This document shows, piece by piece, positions 37,652 to 46,587 of a stretch of 63,963 bases of DNA. The DNA lies in NCBI GenBank assembly GCA_041744295.1, contig JBGTLE010000184.1:1-63963 (forward strand), given 5' to 3'. This DNA comes from Pyrinomonadaceae bacterium. Its GTDB lineage: Bacteria; Acidobacteriota; Blastocatellia; Pyrinomonadales; Pyrinomonadaceae. Numbering within the stretch: the stretch's first letter is position 1; each line of letters begins with the position of its first letter. The notes under the pieces were generated by a model. The model searched no databases. It worked only from the letters and a program-made list of their open reading frames with translations, and was not told the origin of the DNA. The position numbers and the translations under genes were made by a program.

Positions 37652-38158
37652 ATGATGGGTACCACTACTACCGGAAAGAGTGGCGTCCAGTCAGGCTTTA
37701 CGATTATTGAGCTGCTAATCGTGCTCGCCATGATGTTTGTAGTCACCGGCTTTCTGGTGGTCGAGATAGTCCAGGCTCGCCAGGCGATGACCAGAACAAC
37801 CGCCGCGCTCGAGCTGGTCTCTTACTTCGAAAAGGCCCGCTTGGATTCCGTTCGTCGACATCCGGACACAACCGCATTGATGGCCCAGATCGCAATACTC
37901 AACGCTAAATATTACAGCGTGAGTATCGACTCCGATCGCGATGGCCATCTTGATGCTCCGCGCGTGATAAACCTGCCCGCTGGTTCCAATCTGTCGTTTA
38001 ACGGCCCGTTCCCTAGAACAATCTATTTTGATTGGCGCGGCATGACAGTCGACTCAAAGGGCACTGTTGTCACACCAGAAACCGTGAGCATCGCAAACTC
38101 CTACGGCGTTTCAACCATTCGTGTGGCCAGCTCCGGACAAGCGACAATCGAACGATAA
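37652..38158 (+). CDS. type IV pilin-like minor pilin, second GspH/FimT-like paralog (module 2)
   Basis: Leader MMGTTTTGKSGVQSG|FTIIELLIVLAMMFVVTG. YFEKARLDSVRRHP is paralogous to [14 protein letters not shown] in the 34090 gene. The start could also be 37616 or 37637. Confidence 0.7.
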   Translation: MMGTTTTGKSGVQSGFTIIELLIVLAMMFVVTGFLVVEIVQARQAMTRTTAALELVSYFEKARLDSVRRHPDTTALMAQIAILNAKYYSVSIDSDRDGHLDAPRVINLPAGSNLSFNGPFPRTIYFDWRGMTVDSKGTVVTPETVSIANSYGVSTIRVASSGQATIER

Positions 38159-38191
38159 TTAAGGAATTCGAGTTGGGTGGTTCGCAGCTGA

Positions 38192-38267
38192 AAGGTGGGT
38201 TTACCCCCGCTCCAAGCGACATTACAGACCTGCCTGAAGTCAAGATCAGCGGGGGTAAACCCACCTT
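38192..38267. repeat. perfect 20-bp inverted repeat after pilin module 2
   Basis: aaggtgggtttacccccgct (38192-38211) pairs with agcgggggtaaacccacctt (38248-38267), with a 36-nt loop. It is probably a terminator or REP-like hairpin. Confidence 0.85.
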
Positions 38268-38418
38268 CCTGACATGCAAATTTCCCTACCGTGACTCACT
38301 CATTTGAAATGCCCTCCACTTCAGAAGCTTCTTGACACTGTTGGAAGAACAATCAATTATTGCTTGCCGTTGTCGAAAATCTTCCACAACGCAGTGAGCC
38401 AGACTTCTTCCTTCAAAA

Positions 38419-39783
38419 ATGCCTGACATCCTACTCGTCGAAGACAAGGAAAGCCTGCGAAAGGTTCTGCGGCTGACTTTGGAAAGTGCCGGCTACTCCG
38501 TCACCGAGGCCGCCGATGCGAAGATCGCTTTAGCGGCGATCGCGAGCGCTCCACACAAGTTGATTTTGACCGATCTCCGCATGCCGCATGGTTCCGGACT
38601 CGACGTGCTGCGCGCCTCGCAAAGCGCTGACACTGACGTGCCGGTGGTGGTGATGACCGCGTTTGGATCAATCGACGAGGCCGTCCAGGCAATGAAAGAC
38701 GGGGCGCACGATTTTCTCCAAAAGCCCGTCGACTCAAATCACTTATTGCTCCTGGTGGGCCGCGCGCTTGAGCAGGCGCGGCTGCGAAATGAGAACGTTC
38801 TCCTCCGCGAGGAGTGGTCTAACCGCTACGGCTTTCCGCGCATCATCGGCGAGTCAGAAGCAATCAAACGAGCTGTTGGCGAAGCACAGCGTGTGGCAAC
38901 CACTGAGGCGACGGTGTTGCTGCTGGGGGAATCGGGAACCGGCAAAGAGCTCTTTGCGCGCGCCGTTCACCATCTTTCAAACCGGCGCGATAAACCCTTC
39001 GTCGCCATCAACTGCGCCGCCATTCCTGAAACATTGATTGAGAACGAACTGTTCGGCCACGAACGTGGTTCGTTTACGGGCGCGACTGATCGCCGGCAAG
39101 GCAAGTTTGAACTGGCATCCGGCGGCACAGTTTTCCTTGATGAGATTGGGGAACTGCCGCTGTCGGTCCAGGGGAAACTGCTTCGCGTAATCGAGGAACG
39201 GGTAGTCGATCGCATTGGCGGACGTACACCAATACCCGTGGACATTCGCATCGTGGCAGCGACAAATAAAGATTTGAAAGCCGCGGCTGAGAACGGCGAG
39301 TTTCGCGGTGATCTTTTCTTTCGACTCGCAGTCTTCCCGATCGTGATCCCACCGTTACGTGATCGCGACGACGACATCATCTTGCTCGCCAAACACTTTT
39401 CAGCGCAACTCGGAAGAGAATTGCGACGGCGCGACGCCCATTTGAGCGACGCGGGCATTCAGGCGTTACGCACGCATCACTGGCCCGGCAACGTCCGGGA
39501 ATTGGAGAACGCCATCGAGCGGGCATGCATTCTTTCAGATACTCTGGTACTCGAACCGAAAGACCTGGGTTTGTCACACGATTCGGAAGTGCCGAAGGGC
39601 CTGCGGAATATCGATCTTACCGGCTCACTTTCAGACGTGGCCCAGCGGGCGATTCGCGAGGTCGAACGCGCCAAAATCCAGGAAGCACTAAAGCTCAATG
39701 ACGGAAACAAAAACCGCACGGCAGAAGAGCTGGGCGTGAGTTACAAGACATTGCTTACAAAATTGAAAGACTACGATCTCTGA
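38419..39783 (+). CDS. sigma-54-dependent response regulator (NtrC family; PilR-like context)
   Basis: Receiver domain (ILLVEDK...LILTDLRMP), AAA+ domain (LLLGESGTGKELFARAVH, GSFTGA loop, ...RVIEER) and C-terminal Fis HTH (NKNRTAEELGVSYKTLLTKLK). Confidence 0.9.
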   Translation: MPDILLVEDKESLRKVLRLTLESAGYSVTEAADAKIALAAIASAPHKLILTDLRMPHGSGLDVLRASQSADTDVPVVVMTAFGSIDEAVQAMKDGAHDFLQKPVDSNHLLLLVGRALEQARLRNENVLLREEWSNRYGFPRIIGESEAIKRAVGEAQRVATTEATVLLLGESGTGKELFARAVHHLSNRRDKPFVAINCAAIPETLIENELFGHERGSFTGATDRRQGKFELASGGTVFLDEIGELPLSVQGKLLRVIEERVVDRIGGRTPIPVDIRIVAATNKDLKAAAENGEFRGDLFFRLAVFPIVIPPLRDRDDDIILLAKHFSAQLGRELRRRDAHLSDAGIQALRTHHWPGNVRELENAIERACILSDTLVLEPKDLGLSHDSEVPKGLRNIDLTGSLSDVAQRAIREVERAKIQEALKLNDGNKNRTAEELGVSYKTLLTKLKDYDL

Positions 39784-40054
39784 TACAGATGGACGATTCC
39801 TCCAACACCGATCAGCCTCCAGAATCAGATCGAGCCAAACGTCGCTCAACTTCGCGAGCAGACCTTGCTTCATCCGATCCGGAACCTTCCTTTGATTTTC
39901 CTCAGCAATTTCATCAAAAAGTGGTTTTTCACGGCGAAGAAAAATATTCTTGGTTTTTTCTGGAGAACCTCAGCCATTGGCTCTTTAGTTTAGGTATCCT
40001 GGAAACGGAAGGTGGCGCAGCGGCAAGTGGCGGTGGCGGCCGCCCTTTTTGTAC

Positions 40055-40189
40055 AGGATTAAAGGATTCTCAGAATTTACGGAAAATCCCTTAACTCATT
40101 CGCCAGATCTGAAAAATCCTTCTAATACTGCAGAATCCGGCCGAATCCTGCGAAATCGTGTAAATCCAGTCCGATTGACCACATTAATC
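40055..40189. repeat. GGATT / AATCC short-motif cluster
   Basis: aggattaaaggatt (40055-40068) is followed by six spaced AATCC(N) copies (aaaatccc, aaaatcct, agaatccg, cgaatcct, taaatcca, ttaatcct) up to 40189. Confidence 0.6.
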
Positions 40190-40213
40190 CTCGCCCGTAT
40201 CATCCGAAGCGCG

Positions 40214-41902
40214 ATGCAAACAGTTATCTCTGCAACCCAGATGAGAGCGATTGATCGGCTGACGGTTCAGAAATATAGCGTCCCTTCCCTGCTGCTAATG
40301 GAATCCGCCGCCAACGCTTGTCTTCGAACAATCGCAGCAGCGTTCCCCGAGTCACTCGCTCAAAAGAGAGCTCGAGTTCTCTGTGGCCCTGGAAACAATG
40401 GCGGCGATGGCGCCGCACTCGCCCGTCTGCTCGCGAATGTTGGGGTGCAAACCGAAGTCATCCTGTTCGGTAAAGTCGAGAATACAAATGACGATGCGCG
40501 GACGAATTTCGAGATCGCCAAACGTCTCGCGAGTTTTCATGCTGGTTCCGGCACCCATCCTTCTCGAATCAGTTTTGTTGAGTGTCAGGATCTCGGCGTT
40601 TGGGAAGAACTGTCGCGCCCGCGGAAAACGTATGACATCATTATTGACGCATTGTTCGGCACCGGTTTGACGCGCCCGTTGGAAGGAATCTTCCTTCAGG
40701 TCGTCCAACACCTCGATTTAATTCGTCGCGCACGTCAACGCTCCTCGCGAGCTCGCCCCTTGATTGTTTCCATCGACATTCCGTCGGGACTAAACGCGGA
40801 TCTTGCTACGACAATCGGCGAAGCTGTGCGGGCTGATATCACCATTACTTTTACTGCTCCCAAGCCCGCGAATGTTTTACCTCCAGCATCACATCTATGT
40901 GGCCAGCTAGTCGTCGCAAACATCGGCTCGCCGGCTTCGCTGGTTGAGGGTACTGAATCGCAATTGTTAGTAACGGAAGCAGCCGACGCACGCGAGTGGC
41001 TTATACGAACCCGTTACGCTCCAGAATCTTTCAAGAACACACACGGACACGTTCTCGTCATCGCCGGCTCCAGCGGCTACACGGGCGCTGCCGCGCTCGC
41101 CGGCGATGCGGCCATGCGTTCGGGCGCGGGTTTGGTAACAGTAGCCACGCCGACTTCCGTTCAGACATCAGTCGCGGCGCAGTCAATGGCCGAAGTGATG
41201 ACGATCGCTTTGGCGGAAACCGACCGTGGCACAGTCAGCGAAGAGGCGATAGAGCACGTGATGCAACTCGCGTCGAAAGCGAGCGTCATCGCAATCGGAC
41301 CCGGTCTCTCATCAGTCGATGAACGAACGCGACGCTTCGTGAGGGAGATCGTAACGCGCCGAGTCACACCCTTGATCATTGATGCCGATGGGTTGAACTG
41401 CTTGTCACCATGGCCCAACGAACTGCAAGGCTCGACCGACTTACCGCTGGTTTTGACTCCACATCCGCGAGAGATGCTGAGACTGATCGGCGAAACGGAC
41501 AAGGCCGTACTTTCTGATCGAATAGCAGCAGCGCGAGCCTTCGCAGTAAAGAACAGACTGATCGTCGTTTTGAAGGGTTCACGTTCGTTAGTCGCTTCAC
41601 CAGACGGTCGCGTAATCGTCAATCCAACTGGTAACCCCGGACTCGGCACCGCCGGGGCCGGCGATACTTTGACAGGTCTAATCGCCGGCTTTAGCGCGCA
41701 GGAATACGCGTCGCAAGTGGAACCCGATGCGGTTGCCGCGACAGTAGCCGCCCTTTACGTCGGAGGACTCGCGGGAGATTTGGCCGCGCAGGAACTTGGC
41801 ATGCGAACGATGGTTGCATCAGACATTCGTCAACATTTTGGCGCCGCCATGCTCGCTCTCGATCCGGAAGGGGAGCGGTCGCGAGGATTAGATAAGCGAT
41901 GA
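40214..41902 (+). CDS. nnr: bifunctional NAD(P)H-hydrate epimerase / ADP-dependent dehydratase
   Basis: The start MQTVISATQMRAIDR fits the family. A YjeF_N motif (GPGNNGGDGAA) and a YjeF_C motif (GAGDTLTG) are present. Confidence 0.9.
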   Translation: MQTVISATQMRAIDRLTVQKYSVPSLLLMESAANACLRTIAAAFPESLAQKRARVLCGPGNNGGDGAALARLLANVGVQTEVILFGKVENTNDDARTNFEIAKRLASFHAGSGTHPSRISFVECQDLGVWEELSRPRKTYDIIIDALFGTGLTRPLEGIFLQVVQHLDLIRRARQRSSRARPLIVSIDIPSGLNADLATTIGEAVRADITITFTAPKPANVLPPASHLCGQLVVANIGSPASLVEGTESQLLVTEAADAREWLIRTRYAPESFKNTHGHVLVIAGSSGYTGAAALAGDAAMRSGAGLVTVATPTSVQTSVAAQSMAEVMTIALAETDRGTVSEEAIEHVMQLASKASVIAIGPGLSSVDERTRRFVREIVTRRVTPLIIDADGLNCLSPWPNELQGSTDLPLVLTPHPREMLRLIGETDKAVLSDRIAAARAFAVKNRLIVVLKGSRSLVASPDGRVIVNPTGNPGLGTAGAGDTLTGLIAGFSAQEYASQVEPDAVAATVAALYVGGLAGDLAAQELGMRTMVASDIRQHFGAAMLALDPEGERSRGLDKR

Positions 41903-42351
41903 GCGGAGCCGCGCCGGGCCAATTTGTCGGAGAGTGGGATTCGAACTCTCCTAAAGAGACGCTGAGCGTTGGCAGTCAACTTGGTCAAGAACTGCGCGGT
42001 GGCGAAATCCTACTGTTAAGCGGCCCGCTCGGAGCCGGCAAAACAGTCTTCGTGAAAGGCCTCGCCTCGGCACTGGAAATCGATCCCGAGGAAGTTACTA
42101 GCCCTTCCTTCACACTTGTTAATCCTTATTCTGGACGACTGCAGCTCTATCACATCGATCTGTATCGTCTTGAAGAAGGGCCGGCTGCCGCTCACGCAGT
42201 AGACCTGGATGAGCTGTTGATGGAGGAAAAGGCAGTGATCGTTATTGAATGGGCGGAGAGACTCGGCAAGTATTCGCTGCCCGGTAGTGTGTTGCGGATT
42301 GAGATTTCAGGCGATGGCGACGCAACGCGCCAGATTCGCATCTCGCGGTAG
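41899..42351 (+). CDS. tsaE: tRNA t6A biosynthesis ATPase TsaE
   Basis: The P-loop LLSGPLGAGKTVFVKGLA, SPSFTLVN and LYHIDLYRL are present. A 4-nt ATGA overlap links it to nnr. Confidence 0.9.
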   Translation: MSGAAPGQFVGEWDSNSPKETLSVGSQLGQELRGGEILLLSGPLGAGKTVFVKGLASALEIDPEEVTSPSFTLVNPYSGRLQLYHIDLYRLEEGPAAAHAVDLDELLMEEKAVIVIEWAERLGKYSLPGSVLRIEISGDGDATRQIRISR

Positions 42352-42448
42352 ATTCAATTAGCGGAGTACGGAGCCTTGGAGTGCGGGATTCGCCAAAACT
42401 CCGTTAGTGCGCAATAATGAATGCGACAACAAACTTTAGGAGACAAAC

Positions 42449-42898
42449 ATGCCATACCCAGAAATCATGATCAAACCCATGCGCGAAGAATTAGTTCGGC
42501 TTGGCTTTGATGAGTTAAGAGCACCCGAGCAGGTCGACCAAACTTTGCAGAACACCGACGGGACCGTAATGGTCGTGGTGAATTCCGTCTGTGGCTGCGC
42601 TGCTGGAAAAGCGCGTCCGGGCATCGCTTTGGCGCTGCAACACGACAACCGACCCGATAAGCTGGCGACCGTTTTTGCCGGCGCTGATATCGAAGCTACT
42701 GAGAAAGCGCGTGGCTATTTCACCGGCTATCGCCCGTCATCGCCTTCGATTGCGTTGCTGAAGGACGGCCAGGTTGTGTTCATGCTGGAACGCCACCAAA
42801 TTGAAGGAAGAGGACCCGTCGAAATTGCGCGCGAGCTGACGCAGGCGTTCGATCAGCACTGCGCGAAGACTGAAAACGCCCAAGCGACGACTAGTTGA
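42449..42898 (+). CDS. BrxA/BrxB-type bacilliredoxin (YphP/YqiW family)
   Basis: MPYPEIMIKPMREELVRLGF...VMVVVNSVCGCAAGKARPG, with the family's CGC redox motif. Confidence 0.8.
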   Translation: MPYPEIMIKPMREELVRLGFDELRAPEQVDQTLQNTDGTVMVVVNSVCGCAAGKARPGIALALQHDNRPDKLATVFAGADIEATEKARGYFTGYRPSSPSIALLKDGQVVFMLERHQIEGRGPVEIARELTQAFDQHCAKTENAQATTS

Positions 42899-42904
42899 TC
42901 AGAT

Positions 42905-42951
42905 CAGAACCGGTGAGGAAACGGCCCGGTCGCTACCGCTCACCGGTTCTG
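42905..42951. terminator. bidirectional hairpin between convergent genes
   Basis: cagaaccggtgag (42905-42917) pairs with ctcaccggttctg (42939-42951). The right arm overlaps the last codons of the minus-strand ORF. Confidence 0.5.
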
Positions 42952-43373
42952 ACTGACTTCACCACTTCCGAGTGGGCCAGCACCACGTCAGGAGATTGCT
43001 GCATCGCTTCAAAGTACTTTTGGTGAAACTCATCGCCAGTCTCAGCGGGCGCAACTAAAGTCCTCGCCTGCTCCAGCAAAGCCGCGGCGGCGTCTTCAGT
43101 TGCTTCTTCCGCATCCTGCCACTCATCCATTTGTACAACTAACTCTGAAAGCTGGTGCAACCACGCGAAGTAAGGATCGTGCAGCACCAGGTTCAGCAGT
43201 TGATAGCTGTTCTCAATTGGTCCCCCGGTACGCTCCCAGACATGCCGCTGGTATTCCAGCAGTATTTTGTGCAGCTGCAGCAAAGCATTTCGCACTTCTT
43301 TAACTTGCTCAATCGTTCTTTCCGTTACTAACACGACTCCCTCCACCGGTTCTGATTGCTTCGCCGATGTCAA
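42933..43373 (-). CDS. hypothetical protein (146 aa, acidic, helical)
   Basis: The ORF has coding-like composition. I recognise no motif. Confidence 0.45.
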   Translation of the reverse strand: MTSAKQSEPVEGVVLVTERTIEQVKEVRNALLQLHKILLEYQRHVWERTGGPIENSYQLLNLVLHDPYFAWLHQLSELVVQMDEWQDAEEATEDAAAALLEQARTLVAPAETGDEFHQKYFEAMQQSPDVVLAHSEVVKSVRTGER

Positions 43374-43426
43374 AAAAATTAAATTGCCTTACGGTTTCTT
43401 GTTGGGTAAGCGCTTTTGTCCAAAGC

Positions 43427-43858
43427 CTATGTTGCTTGTAGTTTGGCTATCACCTTGTCGGCGTCGATGATCACACGATGGAACACGGCGGCGGGTGCCT
43501 TAAGATTATAAGTCCTGATTCGTTGGTTCAACTCGATCGTTCGCTCGCGAAATTCGCGAACCGTTCGCTCCCACTCCGCGTGCGGTTGATCGCCTTGCTG
43601 CTTGCCAAAGAGCTTCCACGCGCGTTCCAGTTTGACCCGAGCCAACTCCAACTCCGCATCGATGTCCTTGCGCTCTTCAATCCAGGCAGGCGCGAAACCG
43701 GCGTTGCGCAGTAGCCGGTGCACGGTTCGCAGGTCCGGATCCTCGAATGGATTCTCGCGCAGGTCGAGTGGCTGGCCCTTACCGGGGAGGTTATCAAACT
43801 CGCCTTTCTCGATCGCCTCTCGCAAGAGTTTCTCGGCCTGAGATTCCAAACGGTTCAT
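43427..43858 (-). CDS. DnaJC28-like DUF1992 domain protein
   Basis: The family's conserved core is present: LLREAIEKGEFDNLPGKGQPLDL....PDLRTVHRLLRNAGFAPAWIE. Confidence 0.8.
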   Translation of the reverse strand: MNRLESQAEKLLREAIEKGEFDNLPGKGQPLDLRENPFEDPDLRTVHRLLRNAGFAPAWIEERKDIDAELELARVKLERAWKLFGKQQGDQPHAEWERTVREFRERTIELNQRIRTYNLKAPAAVFHRVIIDADKVIAKLQAT

Positions 43859-43933
43859 ACATCCTCCGCCGTTTCACTGAGCTTTCGATACGGTAAAGTT
43901 AGAACATCATGGTGCGTTCAATCAACTATCTGG

Positions 43934-44124
43934 GTAGGACGGACATTCCTGTCTGTCGGTTGTGATCTCGAAGTTTCTCGGAGTAAGCGAGAGACAGGTA
44001 GTGATGCAAGTTGAGTCTCTGAAAATGAATGCAACGTAAGTATGAGGCCAGTATCACCTCGGATCGAATTTGAACCAGCAAACTGCCTCACTACTCAAGA
44101 GACGGACAGGAATGTCTGTCCTAC
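43934..44124. repeat. GC-rich palindromic arms (GACGGACAGGAATGTCTGTC type)
   Basis: gtaggacggacattcctgtctgtc (43934-43957) faces gacggacaggaatgtctgtcctac (44101-44124). Each arm is itself near-palindromic. Confidence 0.8.
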
Positions 44125-44149
44125 TGACGGCATGTTATGATCGGGTTAC

Positions 44150-46438
44150 ATGCCCTTTGCCCTCAGCCTCGATACATCTGTCAGCCAACTCCATGAGTAC
44201 CGGATTGCGCGTTTGGGCCAAACGACTGCGCACAAGCTTGCCGTGGCACTCGCTAGTCAGGTTAAGAGAGTCGCCGCCGAGGTCACTCTCGAGGATCTTC
44301 TGCTCTATCTGCCGATGCGCTACGAAGATCGTTCAAACCTCACGCGGATTGCGGATCTGGAAGAAGGGCAGGAAGCATCGCTTGAACTCTACACAAAGCT
44401 CGCGGGCGGGTATCAGGTCCGTAACAAGCGATCATTCGGATCACAACTCTTCATCTTTGAAGTCAGCGCCACCGATGCGACCCGCAGCGGCAAGCCCGTT
44501 GTCGTTTGGTGGTTTGTATCCGGGCCGCACGCTCACGACATCGTCACTTACTACGCCAAGCGCTTTACACGCGGCTCGCGCTTCATCACTTTTGGCCGCT
44601 GGGAATGGGACACGCGACGCGGGACTTTTGCACTGCGTCTGAACAAACCGGCGGACGAGCTCGAGATGCGTCCGATCCAGGCAACCGCGACCAACGACGA
44701 GAGTGACGACGAAGGCTTGGCTGGTCCACACACACTCGACGACGGAAGCGATCCCGATCTCGCTGCGATCCACGCCGGACGATGCGTACCGATCTATCGT
44801 AAGCTTGGCGATCTGCAGTCAAAGCGTCTGCGCGAGATTATCCATGCAGTTCTCAGCCTGCTGCCCAACGCTGCGATAAAAGAGTCGCTGCCTTCAGATT
44901 TACGTCAACGCCAGCATCTGATGGGCCGCGCGCAGGCCCTGCGAGAAATCCATTTTCCACCAGACAGGGCGCGTTTGGCTGATTATGAGCAATCACGAAG
45001 TCCGGCGCATGTGCGACTAATTTTTGAAGACTTTTTTTGGCTGGCTTTTGGGTTGCTATTGAAACGGGGACTGCGGATTAAGGAAGCAAAAGGCGCGAAG
45101 ATCAAGATTGATACCAGCGTGAAAGACTCGATTGCAGCGGTGCTGCCGTTCAAACTCACTGGGGCGCAACGACGAGTGGTACGTGAACTCTTTGCAGATA
45201 TGAAGTCTGACGCGCCGATGAATCGACTGCTGCAGGGTGACGTTGGCAGCGGCAAGACAATCGTTGCTCTGGTCGCGATGCTTGCGACGATGGAGAACGA
45301 GTATCAAACGGCGTTGATGGTTCCGACTGAGATTCTTGCCGAACAACATGCGCGAAACATAAAGCGGTTGCTTGCCAAGACTCCGTACCGCGTCGAGTTG
45401 CTGACCGGCTCGTTGCGGGCAGCTGAAAAGCGCAAGCTGCAATCCGATCTGGAGCGGGGAGAGATCGACGCTTGTATCGGAACACATGCGTTGATTCAGG
45501 AGTCAGTGAAGTTCAATCGGCTGGGACTCGTGGTGATCGACGAGCAGCATCGATTCGGAGTTGTGCAACGCGCTGAACTTCGCGCTCGCGGCTTCAATCC
45601 GGATGTGCTGGTGATGACGGCCACGCCGATCCCGCGTTCGCTCGCGATGACGGTTTACGGCGACCTCGATGTCTCGGTCATCGATGAGTTGCCGCCGGGG
45701 CGTACTCCCATCGAGACGTTGGTGTTTGCGGATAACCCGCAGGACCGGGGCGCCGTGAAACAGCTCATAACTCGCGAGCTGAACGCCGGCAGACAGACAT
45801 ATGTTGTTTATCCGCTCGTCGAAGAGTCAGAGAAGATTGATTTGAAGGATGCGACGAGGCGTTTCGAATACCTGCGTGACAAAGTTTTTCAGAAGCACAC
45901 AGTCGGACTGGTTCACGGCAGGATGAAGCCGATCGACAAGGAACATGTGATGAAGCGGTTTGTCTCTGGCGAGATTCAGATCCTGGTGTCGACGACCGTC
46001 ATAGAAGTGGGTGTCGATGTGCCCAATGCATCGGTGATGGTTGTCGAGCATGCCGAACGGTTCGGCCTTTCCCAGCTTCATCAGTTGCGGGGCCGCGTGG
46101 GGCGCGGCGCGGAAAAGAGCTACTGCCTGCTTTTGACAAGTGATAAGAGAACGGCTGTGGCTGAGGAACGACTGGGCATCATGGCCGAGACCAGTGATGG
46201 ATTTGTCATTGCGGAAAAGGATTTGGAGATCCGCGGAGCGGGCGAACTGCTGGGCACGAAACAATCGGGCGTGCCTGAGTTTCGTATCGGCAATCTGGTG
46301 CGCGATCAGCAGATACTTGAACGAGCACGAAAGGAAGCGGAGTACTACCTGAGCAAGGGCGAGAAGGCGGGTGAAACCGCGACGATGATCAATCGCGTCC
46401 AGGCGGATCCGAAGTTTGGCCTCGCACGCATCGGCTAG
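44150..46438 (+). CDS. recG: ATP-dependent DNA helicase RecG
   Basis: Wedge-domain region (LLLYLPMRYEDRS) and helicase motifs (GDVGSGKT, DEQHRFGV, TATPIPRSL, HGRM...). 762 aa. Confidence 0.95.
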   Translation: MPFALSLDTSVSQLHEYRIARLGQTTAHKLAVALASQVKRVAAEVTLEDLLLYLPMRYEDRSNLTRIADLEEGQEASLELYTKLAGGYQVRNKRSFGSQLFIFEVSATDATRSGKPVVVWWFVSGPHAHDIVTYYAKRFTRGSRFITFGRWEWDTRRGTFALRLNKPADELEMRPIQATATNDESDDEGLAGPHTLDDGSDPDLAAIHAGRCVPIYRKLGDLQSKRLREIIHAVLSLLPNAAIKESLPSDLRQRQHLMGRAQALREIHFPPDRARLADYEQSRSPAHVRLIFEDFFWLAFGLLLKRGLRIKEAKGAKIKIDTSVKDSIAAVLPFKLTGAQRRVVRELFADMKSDAPMNRLLQGDVGSGKTIVALVAMLATMENEYQTALMVPTEILAEQHARNIKRLLAKTPYRVELLTGSLRAAEKRKLQSDLERGEIDACIGTHALIQESVKFNRLGLVVIDEQHRFGVVQRAELRARGFNPDVLVMTATPIPRSLAMTVYGDLDVSVIDELPPGRTPIETLVFADNPQDRGAVKQLITRELNAGRQTYVVYPLVEESEKIDLKDATRRFEYLRDKVFQKHTVGLVHGRMKPIDKEHVMKRFVSGEIQILVSTTVIEVGVDVPNASVMVVEHAERFGLSQLHQLRGRVGRGAEKSYCLLLTSDKRTAVAEERLGIMAETSDGFVIAEKDLEIRGAGELLGTKQSGVPEFRIGNLVRDQQILERARKEAEYYLSKGEKAGETATMINRVQADPKFGLARIG

Positions 46439-46454
46439 AAAACAAGAGTTCCGA

Positions 46455-46559
46455 GCCGCGGATGAACGCGGATCACAAGGATCTGAAAAAGCAACCGGCA
46501 ATTAGCATCACTGCAGGTATCGCTTTTCCTGATCTGTGTCATCCGTGTTAATCCGCGGC
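46455..46559. repeat. imperfect inverted repeat (CCGCGGAT...GATC type)
   Basis: gccgcggatgaacgcggatcacaaggatc (46455-46483) faces gatctgtgtcatccgtgttaatccgcggc (46531-46559). Confidence 0.75.
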
Positions 46560-46587
46560 CAATTGGGTCATCGCTCGGTGCTAAGAA

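Noticed and set aside
38332-38360. TTGACA (38332-38337) plus AATTAT about 17 nt downstream, considered as a sigma-70 promoter for the response-regulator gene
   Set aside because: The -35 is perfect but the -10 candidate is weak (AATTAT/ATTATT) and its spacing is ambiguous. I did not list it as a feature without 5'-end data.
39789-40094. 101-aa ORF directly after the response regulator, considered as a possible partner or small regulatory protein
   Set aside because: It has no SD and begins 5 nt after the upstream stop. Its tail is low-complexity (GGAAASGGGG) and it runs into the AATCC motif cluster. It is not excluded, but evidence is too weak to call.
44070-44642. 190-aa ORF upstream of and overlapping the recG start
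   Set aside because: It is in a different frame from the well-supported RecG ORF (44150-46438), has Ser/Arg/Leu-rich composition, and starts inside the 44101-44124 palindrome.
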